NCBI GenBank assembly: GCA_030704615.1
Contig: CM060732.1
Span: forward strand, 992,001-1,056,000
Reading direction: 5' to 3'
From: Takakia lepidozioides
Lineage: Eukaryota > Plantae > Bryophyta
Length of the DNA stretch: 64,000 nt
Translations under genes and position numbers: made by a program
Notes under the pieces: model-generated
The model's input: only the letters and a program-made list of their open reading frames with translations
What the model was told of the DNA's origin: nothing
Database searches by the model: none
Shown: positions 50,053 to 62,700 of the stretch, piece by piece
How positions within the stretch are numbered: the stretch's first letter is position 1
How the letters are laid out: each line of letters opens with the position of its first letter

Positions 50053-50708
50053 CCGGCTGATTTATATCAGTCCGTCGCCCTACATCCGTCACTTGTGTTG
50101 ACCACTTTCATCCATCCCTTTCTCCAAAATAACAATAAATTACTACTGGTGCATTTAAGCACCGACACGTAGTTAGAGTTTTTAATTAATTTTCCCTAGA
50201 GTGTTCATTAATATAAGATATATATATATTTTTAAAATCCTTCAGATCTGCGCCCTCCACCTGAACGGTCCAGATCGAACCATGTGCTTTCTCCTCCATC
50301 CATTGTCATCCGTCCAGAGATCCAGCCCGTAATCCATCCATCCATGGTTCCATCCGCTGATTTCATCCATTTTCATTCTTCCGGCTGATTTATATCAGTC
50401 CGTCGCCCTACATCCGTCACTTGTGTTGACCACTTTCATCCATCCCTTTCTCCAAAATAACAATAAATTACTACTGGTGCATTTAAGCACCGACACGTAG
50501 TTAGAGTTTTTAATTAATTTTCCCTAGAGTGTTCATTAATATAAGATATATATATATTTTTAAAATCCTTCAGATCTGCGCCCTCCACCTGAACGGTCCA
50601 GATCGAACCATGTGTTTTCTCCTCCATCCATTGTCATCCGTCCAGAGATCCAGCCCGTAATCCATCCATCCATGGTTCCATCCGCTGATTTCATCCATTT
50701 TCATTCTT
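50053..50708. repeat. Near-perfect 328-bp tandem duplication
   Basis: 50053-50380 and 50381-50708. I saw one substitution (GTGCTTT vs GTGTTTT). Confidence 0.92.
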
Positions 50709-50899
50709 CCTCATAATTTTCATCTATCTGTAACTTTCACCCATCCAGGGACATGACCAATTTAAGTTGGTACATGACCAACTTTCATTGATATATGAGC
50801 CGTTTTAAATCCTCATGAATGTTGTTCCTCATCCATGTCATTCATCCATTTGGGAAGTGGGGATCGCTACCCTTGATCAACCCATATCCAGCGGTTCAC

Positions 50900-51550
50900 A
50901 TTTATCTTTGTTTTCCCATTATCTCCCTTTCCCGAGCTATGTTGAGATCGGGGAGAGGTTCCCATGCTTGAAGTAGCGAGTTGTAGCATTGTTCTAAGAA
51001 TCGTCTGTTGGTGAGATCCTCCAGCAAGATAAGCATATTTTCCTGCATTTGCTAACTTACAAAGACATCGATCTTGAATCATTCTTGGCGTTGAAGACTA
51101 TTCGTTGAGACTAAATTATACCTCCATACCATGTAGCCTCTAGGGTACTGTCTACAAACCAAAAGCTGAGTTCCTGTAATTGTCGACTCCTTGTTGGAAA
51201 CTTCAAAGGTATAATCCACAGGGCAGTCTGGCAGCCATCGCCAACGCATACTAACAGAATCAAACGCCCACCACTTCCGTGCACGTATGAGAGGCTGTAC
51301 AGTGTGTGCAGGCCCAGCCAGCATGTAAACCCATTCCTCCTTGATCTCTGCCCGTTTTGCGAATCTCAAAGACGTCGTTGCGGCCTTCATCATCAACCAC
51401 CGCTAGCGCATTCTGCCATTTCTTACAACCACCTGTTCAACGGTAAATAATAAGAGCGAGGCACCCGTGCAACACATTCTAGTGTCACATGGTTTGTCAA
51501 TCCCGGAATCAAGGAGTTGTCCTTCGACTAGTCCTCCGTCTCTGCCATTG
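50900..51550 (-). pseudogene. F-box/kelch-repeat protein pseudogene (SKIP11-like)
   Basis: F-box start LIPGLTNHVTLECVARVPR; kelch region EEWVYML...WWAFD...WRWLP...KES...GTQLLV...VWRYNL...RCL...AYLAGG. Contains stops and frameshifts. Confidence 0.8.
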
Positions 51551-51849
51551 CGAGAATTCCATTTTATTTATGATTTCTTAATATGATTTCATACTAAACT
51601 TCATAAAATATATACTAATGTACATCAAATATGCTATTCTAAATTATGATCCGAAAAAGTGATCGACACTAATCACCGCCCAACGATTATAATAGTATTA
51701 AATGCACATCCTTCCCTGGATGTGCCTGCACGTAAAACACTTAAATATAAGGACATCTGGCCCTCAATTAAGTCTGGATAATATTAGAAGGCCCCAAAAC
51801 TTGATTATAATCTCTTGCTTAGTCACATATCATACGGTCTAAGGCGGTG

Positions 51850-52415
51850 GTGTGCCAGCCGCTGATCGAAGTCTCATCAACGCTCTGTATGTTGCTATTC
51901 CGTCCGCTCTTTGTTTGTCATTCATTCATCCGGATCCTCGTCCTTTGTACATAGGCAAAATACCAGCTCCTCTTTCTCTTGAATGCGCGCCGCCAGTGCT
52001 GACTGTTTACTTCTCATTCATCCATTCGGGCAGTCAAAGTAACTACTTCGCATCCTTATCTTCATTCATCACTACTATGTGCTTCCATCCTTCCTCATCT
52101 TCATCATTCCCTCATCAACTGTCAGAACGGTGACTATGATGAGGAGAAAATATAGGAATTCCTAAAGTAATAGGTAACAGGGATGGTAGCCGAGAGGCAC
52201 TATGGACTAGGTAGCATTCGAGGAACCCCTGCTACCGGATATAGCAGGGAGCCAGGACTACCGGACATAACTGTTTTTTAGGGCAGCGAGCCAGTCAGTT
52301 TACCCTTGTACGTACCTACCACCACCAGATATAGCAGGGAGCCAGGACCTACCGAGCTGCGTAGGTTTTTAAAATCTAGTAGGTCGTAGAATACCACATA
52401 TAACACCCCTCCTCA
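51850..52415 (-). repeat. Possible LTR with adjacent PPT of another truncated retroelement
   Basis: ...TATAACA at 52405 followed by CCCCTCCTCA (PPT on minus), as at the first element. Internal short repeats TACCGGATATAGCAGGGAGCCAGGAC. Left boundary uncertain. Confidence 0.35.
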
Positions 52416-53984
52416 AATCCAGTAGAAACACGCCACATCAGCGAGTCTGCTCTAAAAAACAGTTATGGAGAGCGGAGCTCCGCCTTCCCATCGTGGCCGC
52501 GACCTGCCTAATCAAATTAATATAGAATAAATGTCAACATCAGTGGAAAGAATAACCACTGCAGGGGCCGTGAAGGCCTTACTGCGGGGAAACTTCCCCG
52601 TGATCCTAGCATACTAGCTACTGAAGCGAAGATGAGCAAGTGGTGAGAAAACAGAGTGATGTGGAGAGAGGCTGAAATGTCTACAAAAATACTAAGTAAG
52701 GAGATCCGAAGTGGTACTAGGTAAGCACCGGAGTGTGAGCATAAGACATAAGATATCAGTGTAGCAGAATGCAGTAGGAAAGGTATTAAGAAGTCTGAGA
52801 TTCCAACTGCCAGTGAGCTTAGGCCTTGAAAATTGAATAGTGCAACAGCGAAACAGAAAGATGATTGACAATCTTAGTCAAGTGCCTTGGAGCTGAAGGT
52901 GGACGATGCTGGTGGAGATCCACAGAGATCCAGAGATCCAGAGAGATCTTCCATAGGAGCTTTAGGTATCAAAACTTTAGCTGTGTTCTAAACTTGTGGT
53001 CTCGAGTTTTCTTGTGGCGCCAATTGAAATCTGCTTCCTCCCCTTCACCAGGAGAATTCCCATTGAGGGGGGATGGATATCTGCCAGGGAAAGCACAAGT
53101 TGGGAAGACAGGTGCCGAGCACGTTGCCTTTGCCCTAGGACTGTTGGAAATCTTGAAGCAGCTTCCTTCCCCGTTGTTATGAAGTTCTGGGAATAGCTGC
53201 ACAGATATTATCCCACGCTTTCCCCCCGTTAGTCAGCAGATCATGATATGTACAAAACAAAACAGATCTGCCAAGGGGGATTTGCCCTCATAAACTGAAG
53301 CACATCTCATTTTCCACAAATTCCACAAAGTAAGGGCTCTCAGGGATGCCCACACAGGGCATATATTCTGGGACTAACCAGGCATGAAATTGAGAAGCAG
53401 GAGTAGAGGAGATGGTGGGGAAAGAAAGGAACTCCAATGAGAGTAGTAAGAGAGCACCACCCACCAGATCCTTCTTGACAGATTGCAGAACAGGAGTGAG
53501 TGCTCAATGGTTTTGAGCACTGCATTGCAGATAGAACGTAAAGGCTGGTCTTCATGAGTTTTTTTGTCTGACAGGCGGTATCATGTGAGCAAGTTTCCAC
53601 AAGAAACCTGAAACATTAGCTGCGCAGTCTTTTCTCCATATATCTTTCCAGATTTTGTCCCAGTCTATTTGAGTGAATTAGTGGTGACTCCATTTTATGC
53701 ACCATTTGGCTAGGAAGGATCTGGCTGGGTTGAGGAGAGTGTACCCCAATTTCACAGAATATGCAAAGAAAGGAGAATGGTGTGTATCCATCCAGCTCCA
53801 CTCCCCGGGGTCAAACTGAAGATCAACCAGTGGGCAGATAAGGAACCAAATGAAAGAATGATGCTGAGCCCACTGGATGTCTTGGAAAACCAGCTTTCTT
53901 TGACAAACTTGATCCCTCTCGGCACGTAAGGTGGGGAGGAGCAAGTCTGCCTCTTCATTTCTATCACCTCCCTCCACTACAAGA

Positions 53985-54856
53985 AATCGGAGCAGAAATC
54001 GTGATCGTCGTCGACGATCACAACATCTACCCAAATGCGAAAAAAAAGAAAAAAAAGAAAAAATAAAAAAGAAATCCCTCCGAAATCAGAGTAGAAGTGA
54101 TGATCGTCGATCACAACATCCTACCCCAAAGAAAAAAAACAAAAAAACAAACAAACTCAGAAACCACAGCAAAAGTGATGATCGTCGACGATCGTGATAT
54201 CTACCCAAATGCCAAGAAAAATAAAAAGAAGAAGAAGAAAAAAAAAAACATCACAAATTAGAGCAGAAGTGACGATCGTCGACGATTATCACGACATCCT
54301 ATCCAAATGCCAAAAAAAAAAAAAAAAAAAAAAAAAATCACAACAAAAGTGATGATCGTCGACGATCACGACATCTACCCAAATACAAAAAAAAAAAAAA
54401 CCCTCAGAAATCAGAGCAGAAATGATGATCGTCGACGATCGTCACGACATCCTATCCCAAAGGAAAAAAAACAAAAACAAAAACAAACTCAAAAATCACA
54501 GCAAAAGTGATAATCGTCGACGATCACGACATCTACCCAAGAAAAAAATAAAAAAATAAAAAAACATCAGAAATCAGAGCAGAAGTGTTGATCATTACGA
54601 CATCCTACCCAAATGCCAAAAAAAAAAAATCACAGCAAAAGTAACAATCGTCGACGATCATGACATCTACCCAAATGCCCAAAAATAAAATAAAATAAAA
54701 TAAATACTTTGAAATCAGAGTGGAAGTGATGATCGTCGACGATCATCATGACATCCACCTAAGTGTAGGAGGAAAAAAAAGAAAAAAGAAAAAGAAAAAA
54801 CCAGAAATCATAGCAAAAGTGATGATCGTCGACGATCACGATATCTACCCAAATGT
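53985..54856. repeat. Array of ~11 palindromes GTGATGATCGTCGACGATCA(T)C separated by A-tracts
   Basis: Centres ~54013, 54109, 54187, 54281, 54361, 54434, 54519, 54653, 54738, 54831. Two unit types alternate. Confidence 0.9.
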
Positions 54857-55582
54857 AGAATGACTTTTCAGTGGAGAATGATTTACTCAATTTTCAACTT
54901 CTGCTTTGTCTCTGGGTGTTTTCTTCACGACCCATCCTCATTGGGGAACTAATTTCTTGTTTCTTATCATGTCTTTCGGGAAACCCAAACGTGGGACTTC
55001 AAAAGCACCTTTGCTGTGGAACGCATCAGTTATCAACAGCCCCCCACCAACTTTTCTGCTGCTAGTATATGCGGAGGCAATGGTAGTTCATATGTCGGGA
55101 GCTCCATCACCTCACCCAAGTTGTGGAAGCGCTGGGATAAACGTCCTAGTTCCGAAGTTCTGCAGTACTTGGACTCGTCTGCATCCGATGTATGGACTTG
55201 TTACAATGGCTCAGACTTAGACTCAGACTCTAGTTCCGCCGGCTATCTATCTCCATCCCTATTGAAAGTCATCTTTAATGCTTTGAAGTCATATTTCATT
55301 CATTCCTGCAGAAAAAAAGTCATTTTTCATTCATCCATGTTCTATTTGTCCAGTATTTTTCATTCATTCATCCAAGATTCATCCACTTCCATATCTTTTT
55401 CGGCATACTAAGCCATATTACAGGAATTTTCGACGAGATGGGGGGGCATCGTTCCATTTGTGGATTTGTTGTGTGTCCGCGGTTAAAGGTCCTATGTGCG
55501 ATATCGTTGCCCTGGAACGTAAGTAGAATTCTGCTCACAGGATTTTTCGCTCACGTGAGCGGCTCACATACTAGCATTCCCC
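53985..55582 (-). mobile_element. Relic MULE-like element C (opposite orientation to A), terminus inserted in LINE RT
   Basis: Terminus revcomp GGGGAATGCTAGTATGTGAGC (GTGAGC at nt 16-21). Subterminal CCTTTAACCGCGGA matches A1-left CCTTTACCGCGGA. 54906-55260 encodes NSPPPTFLLLVYAEAM...VLQYLD, homologous to the A cargo last exon DSPLSNFLLPVYAEAM...VLKYLD. Other end not located. Confidence 0.72.
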
Positions 55583-57360
55583 GCCTCATGTGCCAACAAA
55601 ATGTTGTCGATGATCATACAATCTTTTAGAAAGCATGTCTGGTCTCTCCTAATGATCTTTGGCAGCAAGGGTTGCAACCTTAAGGCGAGGGCCTTCGCAA
55701 TAATTTTGTATGTTGAATTGAGCAAAGTGATAGGATGGTAGTTGGCCACATTGTATTTAAAAATAAATAAATAAATAAAGGTTATCAGCCCTTCAGAGAT
55801 TTGTGATGGTGGGCAGTTGCAAGATTGGGTGGATCAAAAGCGGCACATGTTGAGTCCATTGGAAATCCATGGAAAAAAAAAATTGAGTCTATTGCTTTCA
55901 GTTTATTTATTTATTTTGTAGTATACATAATATTTTTAATAAGGAGTCCCTCCTCAAATATTGAAAACATTCTTTACTAGATATTTTAATTTTTAATTTG
56001 AAAAAAAATTTAGACATCAAAATCTAGAGTTTACAACCACTTGTCCATATACCACCTGGCACCTCTAGATTATAGGTTTGTATGCCTTTTTAGTAAAAGA
56101 CGGCACCTCAAAAACCCAAAATATAAGATGCTATGGACTAGAGCAAATCAACCTGTTTTTAGGTGCAAAATAGTCCATAGCTCTCAATTCCTAAGATAAC
56201 TAGTCCATATAAAAGTGGATTTGGGTTGGATTTTAAAATGGCACCCTTAGTGTGTTTTCCTTTGAGCCATTGTATGAGTGTACATGACGTTTTTTTCAGT
56301 CCATAAGATTTTATGTATAACATCAGCACTCCACAGTAATCAACTTTAAAAGTCCATGACTCTCTGGTACATGATTGTTTTTGCAATCTAACAATTGGTA
56401 CACATACCTATTGTAGTTGGAAACCCTATACCATATAAATTTAGATGAAATATTGAGTTGTTGGACAAATATGGGTAAAACCATGGAGGGAGGTCACTGC
56501 AGAAACTGCCATGTTACGCAAAAACTGAGACCCCCAATCCTGCAAATACCCTGGTGCATGAGTTTTTTCTCCAAAATGTCGTTGGCCATGGACAGAAACT
56601 CTTCCTCTATAGTTAGCCAAAGCACTTTGAAGAACTCAATTGGTAAACCATCCAAACCTGGCGATTTCATGGAAGCCATGGGATCCACTGCTTGACCGAG
56701 TTCTTCATGGAGAAGGGAGACGCAATGGAGCATTTGTCCAGCTCAGATAATGCGCAGGGAATCTGCTGAAGAAGGGTTTATGTGGCCTGGTCCTTGAGGG
56801 CGGATGACTTCTGTCTTTGGAACAACTGCTAAAAATATCCTGCAGCCACTGAGGCCATGTTTCTGGGACTTTCTGTGAGCAGCCCCGAGGCAGGCTCACG
56901 CAACGCTGGAATCATTATTGTCGCCGATCTCTTTTGAGCAGCCTTGGAGAAAAAGTACCCGATCATTTTCTCTCTTTTGGGAGACCAGTTTATCCCTGCT
57001 TTAATCTTCATGAACTGTTCCATGTCGTGCAACAATAGAGACAGATTTCTTTTGGCAGTCATGTAGGAAATCATCGTGTGGGGGCCCTCCTGTCCTCTTT
57101 GCAGTTGGCACTGACACACTTCCAGACATTTGATTAGCGTTTTTTGCTTGCGAAAGTCTTCTCCCGCCTTTTTTCTAGAAATGTCTTGGCAAAGGTTCCT
57201 GACGATACTGTTTTGATAGAAATAGAATAGTGGGGAAATGGAAAGATGGGACAGCAGAAGACCAAGTGGCTTGAAGGCTCTGGACCACCTTATGGCCCTT
57301 GTGAATTGTCGGGTTAAGCTTAAAGAAGCCTCTTCCTCTGATAAAGAAGAATAACGTCTA
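55583..57360 (-). pseudogene. LINE ORF2 remnant (linker + RT N-terminus), with an AT-rich insertion ~55750-56490
   Basis: RGRGFFKLN, INWSPKREKMIGYFF, KSPGLDGLPIEFFK, NYHPITLLNSTYKIIAKALALRL...DQT.F...DNILLAHE. Endonuclease largely deleted. Confidence 0.88.
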
Positions 57361-57537
57361 TTTCAGTTCCAGGAGAGAGTGCTTGAATATCTTCTGAAAA
57401 GAACTAGGAGCCTGCAAAATGTCACCACCAGTAGCCAACAGCGCCAGGGATCCCTCGGGGAAACTGTAGATAATGGGAGTGACATGAATGGTAATAGTAA
57501 GAGGCCCTTCTGGGGAAAAATCATCAGGGATTCCCAA

Positions 57538-58758
57538 TCATTGATAAGATTTCAATCTACTGCAAAAGGACCCCAAGTTGTCTGGCTCTCCTTCATCCAA
57601 AACAAATTTAGCAGCTGCAATGCGAGACCGAGGAATATTGGAGATAGGGAAGATCGACAAAACCTCTATAGGGCTGAGAATGTGAGAGGAGGAGGGAGTT
57701 GAGATCACCCTAGGGTTTCTGGGAGGTGGGACATCGCTAGGGGAGGCATCATCTCTAGAATGCGGAGGGGCCATAAGAGCTAGAGGAGGCTGCATTCTGA
57801 CAAACCTAAATATTTGCCTCAATGCCATGAGGAACTACAACAGGTGAAAAAACATTTGAGCTTTTAGATTTTTTATTCAAGGGACAGTCCGCTTTGATGT
57901 GGCCCTCTAAATGGCACAAATGACATAGGATGCTAAGGCATTCTTCAATGATTGCAACCATGACGAAATAGTAATCAAGCATCGGGAGCTTGAGGGATTC
58001 AGAGAGCTTGGTGGCTTCAGGCATCCAAACAACTATTTTAGGCATACCAGAGTCCCAAGTGTGATCGAACAATCCATCAGAATCGACGCTAGGCAGCTCC
58101 ACGTCTTCAACCGCGGTGACGTTCATAGATCCAATGAAAGCTCCGAAGTGAGCCCCTATCTCTAGGAGAGAGCGAAGATAATTACCAGGGAGGAAGGGTA
58201 GGGCTATCACTCTCGGCTTACATGTGACCCCTAATTTGTGACCCCACTCCGCTGACCAAGGAAATATGTGGACCCTGTATCTAGATTTTCTGGCATTGAA
58301 CTTGAGGGCCTTGGAAGCAAACTCAGCAGAAGTGAAGACAATAGAAAAAAAACCTCTTCCCAGAGGGTGACAAAAATGGGAGGTGAGCCCCCCTTCAGAA
58401 CCTGGATGTTCTAGAGTCCACATACGAGCCCAGTGCCTATCCTCACTTTGCCAGGAAAATACAGGAGAATTCCACGCTCAGAAAGGTTTTTAGAGTGATC
58501 TTTGATAACACCCATATCCAACTGAAGAACCGGCTGATCCTCAGTCATTGAAGCCGCAACTTCACTCCAGGGTTTTGGAATTCTACTGGGAGGGGAGCCA
58601 GGAATTGGGGCTGCTCCAAGCAAACCGAGACCATTTCGCTTGGAGCCGTTACCACCTCTTCTACGGTCACCGAAGGGTTTGTTTGCCCAAAAAGCAGATG
58701 GCGGGCCGCCAGAAGAAGCATTGGCAAAAGGAGCCATGCTGAGAGGAAGAGAGAACAC
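57538..58758 (-). pseudogene. LINE ORF1 (DUF4283-like RRM region + zinc knuckle)
   Basis: LGRGFFSIVF, VHIFPWS, CHLCHLEGHIKADC. Upstream of the ORF2 remnant on the same strand. Confidence 0.8.
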
Positions 58759-59489
58759 GGACTATTCAAAGAAGAAAGCAGAGGGGATATGTAAGAGGGT
58801 TAACAACAACAAAGAAGAAAGAGAGGAATGAATGGAGGTAAGAGAATGAGAGAGCACTTATCTTCCACTTGGAAGAAGTTGCCCAATGAAATCTTTGCTT
58901 TGAAGGAGCACCATTAGATAGTCACAGTTCCCAGCTGTAGAAGGGGGTAAGCCAGCTGGAACGATTGGAGTAACATCCACAGGTCGTTGCTCATTGGAGC
59001 TCGTTTCTCGAAACCATGCAGAGTGAAGAGCTAACAAATGTCTTCCAAAAACGGTAACGTTTTTAAGGGAAAACTCCAGGAAGCAAACTGCGCGTAGGCA
59101 CACAATCAAGAGATTGACAGAGGAGATAAGAGAGGTCTTTGACTGGGGTGATGAAGCACCCAATGAGAGAATCGTATTGGATCAAAGAGGGAAGCGTTTG
59201 TCACTATACGGGGGGAAGGCAGCGGGTGTGAAGGTGGGGGTACCGTCTGTCAACATTTCGAGAGAACACGATGTGCTTTTTGTGTGAAATGAAGAGGAAG
59301 CGACAAGCGTTATGAAGAATCACTGCTTCAGAGAGAAGTAACCGAGAGGAAGATAGAGAGGATGTTCACATCCAAGTTGTAAGAAGAGGCATGGCGGAGG
59401 GAGAAGGCACATTCATCAGCCAGGGGGATGACTCGCAATGCGGCTAAGTCCCCAGCCCCCTCACCGACGAACGCGAAGCGATACAAAAA

Positions 59490-59706
59490 ATAGCCATAAA
59501 TTTTGTTCATCCACTGAAATTCATCCACCTCTGTACTTTAATCCATTTATATCATCCATATTTGGCGAATTCATCCACAATTTATTTTTTATTTGGAGAA
59601 GTCTGGCGATTTCATCCATGAAAAAACAGGGAATTCGCGACAGAATATTCGATTTTATTTTTTGAGGTCGCAATCTGGCGATAAATCGCCAATAAAAAAA
59701 ACGCTG
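59490..59706. mobile_element. Possible MITE/hAT-like terminus
   Basis: Repeated TGGCGA(A/T)TTCATCC motifs ending ATCGCCAATAAAAAAAACGCTG. Partner end not found. Confidence 0.3.
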
Positions 59707-62700
59707 CGTGACGAAACATATGCAGTGCCTTGAATCTCGCCTTGAAACTGGGGATAGGTACCCGATTGATTCACGCAACGTCCTGAGATGCAAAGCTAAG
59801 CTCATGTCAACGATTCATGAAATGATCCTCCTTCTTAGCCAATGGCACTTTTCCCCACTAAAACACCCACAAAACAAGGGGTGCATCTTTCGTGAAACAA
59901 AGCACTACATGCCTAGAGTTCAAAAGAGATTACTTGCAAGTTTCCGTCATCCTGGACCTGAAAGCTGTCTTTTTGTCGTGGTGGGAAAAAAGTGACAATA
60001 CCTCCCAAGTCCCAACCCAAATGCAGCTCTGGAAGTAGCTGCCATGCTCCAGCAACTGTGGATTATATCTGGCGGATGGATCACTACCAAGTTACCAACC
60101 CACGTCGGGAAGCTCATGGGTCTGTATGTGTGGGACTGCTAATACGAGCCCACTTTGCACGCTATCTTGCAGTGAAGGTAACTGTTAATCGTGGAGGAAT
60201 TCGTTCAGCAACCTGTGCTCTTTGTTCCACTTTGAAGGAAGGGAGAGATTTTTCAATGTGTAGAGATGAGGGAGAGCTCGGCTCCGGATCTCAAGTACAT
60301 GATGGACGTTGTTAGTGGTAGGCTAGAACTTGTAAGGTTGAGGTGGCCATCTCACTGAGCGGATCTCTAATTCACCTGATTTGGTGGCGAAGTCTTGAAA
60401 ACTGCGTGTGACTCCTGCTAACGTAGGCACCTCCAAATGGGATATTACAGTTTAAACTTCAAGCATGGTGGTCGATTCTTACAAATATTTTGCTGAGGCA
60501 ACAACGTTGAAGTAGAGCATAGCCTTCTTCATATGAATACCACTCGGCAACAGAGACGGATTGACATCTCCCATAGAGGTGGACAGTATATCTGGTCAGA
60601 CTTCCAACTATTTTAAAGCCTCTGTTGGTGCTCCGCCAGGGGAGGTGGGAAAGGAGAGAGACAGACAGGGGAGGAATAAGGAGAATGCCAGTATGACAGA
60701 CTGATTATTGGTTCTAGAGAGGGAGAAACAAAAAGCATTGTTACGGCCACAGGAGGGCCAAAGGACCCACGTAGAACAACACAGAACGCGAGAGAGAGAG
60801 AGAGAGCGGCAGGCATGGTGCAACAGGAAGCAAGAAACAGGCTGGACATACAGAGCGTGGACAGCCACGTCCTTAACCAAGACAGGACACGCCCGCTGCT
60901 TACTAAGAAGCCTCGCAAGCTCCCCCTTGTGGATAGGAGGTAGGGCCATAAGCTTTCTGACTTCATGAGTATCTAATCTGCAAATCTGTCTTGACAGTTC
61001 TTACTATGTTAGAAAGCTTATTCTTGAAATGAGGTGGAGGAACCTTTCCTTTTTGCGTTGCTCTTGGATCCTACAATATTACTGACAAAAGCAAAAGAAG
61101 TTGGAAAAAATCAGTGTAGTGGAAACTCCAAGTCATCCCTTGCTCCGAGCTTGCACAAGTCTGTTACAAGCGCTCACATATTTACTTTAGCAAAGAGCTA
61201 TCAGCCCTGCCAGCTTGCTTGTTGGGGGGTCTATTTGTAAAGTATGCGCCTGATAACTGTGATCTTTTTCCAGTCACTGATATCTCCAGTCACACCTTAT
61301 TAACTGGATAGGGAAATTCAAGAGGGAGGGACATCTAATGTGGAACTTGGTCACTTCGTCAAGTATCTCTTTTTTTTCATCTGACTTCATGGCTTTATGG
61401 GTTGCATCAGGGGGCGCCTCAATGTGGAGATTCGGGGTCTGCCAAAGACTTTCTTGTACTGGGGAGACCTATTTCACACTCTTGTCAATGTAAGTCAGGG
61501 TGAGGCAGATTGTGCTTCTCTTTATCACAATAAGACTTCAGGCATTAACGGTCTTTGCAGAGGATGATTGCTTCAGGTCGCCTCAACAAGGCGTTGCATA
61601 ATTGCTAGTGTTAGAGTAGGTGCTCATGTAGTCTAAATATACTCATCTTCTATTCACACTATTTGGACAATTCTCTACTCTGCTACAGATGTTTAGCGAC
61701 AGTAATAAGTCTGGTTGGCTTACGTTTTGCTAGATTCAAGTGTATGCTCTAGTTACACCAGTATTGCGAAACAGGTTGATTGACTGCAGTCATTCGGTTT
61801 TCAGATGCCAAATTCAAGGTTCATTGCCATACTTTTCTGCACCTACTGCTCGTTGTTCTTTGGCTTCGCTGTTCCTTACTACTATGATGTAGGTTCTTAA
61901 CTGAACCGATTTATTCCCCTCGTACTGCCACTTCAAGTCTTGCAATGATATCCGATACAGGATTGTACTAGAAACTGGGACTGTGTTGTGGAATAGTTTT
62001 TTGATTCCGTCCTTTCTTTTTCTGTTTACAAATTGGATCATAGATTTTAATTCTATAGGTTGTAAGCAGGCATACAACAACTTTTGCATACCTGGTGTGG
62101 AAACCTTCAGCCATGCCATCTGGTTCAGGTGCAATCCAACCGCTACGAAATGTTTGTTCATCTTTCCCAGCACCTTGACTGTATCTTCAACATAAAAAAC
62201 ACTATGTTACAAATGTGGCTTGAAGTGTGTTGGTTTATCAGTGCATCACTGTCTACAAGTATTTTTTGTCTTTGGAGTGCCTGTTCCTCTTATGTCATGC
62301 TATTTATCGGGGTCAAATTTCTAGCTTTGCTTTTAGCTGGTCACCAGTGCTATATATGTGTCGTTTGTGTCCTCACACCTTACTTGCTTGGGTTCTCGGT
62401 TGTGATACAATTGGGATCTGCCCTCCTTGCAGCGTGCAAACCTCCATGACAATTGGTGAGTTCCCCCAACCATAGCCATAAAGTTTTTGGCGTGAGATCA
62501 TATGTTTCTTTTTGTAGGATATATTTGGAGTGAGGTCAAGGAATATGAGAGGACACACACATTCCCTGCCTGTTGACTGATTTGAACAGGGTAAACAGGT
62601 TATGGTGGAGATCTTACGCCAGATCCACACTGCATGATGACAAATGTGATGGTCCTCATGCAGGCGCTGGCAAGTCTTCTTGTTGCTTACTCTCTCCTCG

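Noticed and set aside
53931-54510. Lys/Arg-rich ORFs
   Set aside because: They are translations of the palindrome/A-tract array.
59960-60620. Host gene exon
   Set aside because: Stops occur in all frames and there is no recognisable domain, so no call can be supported.
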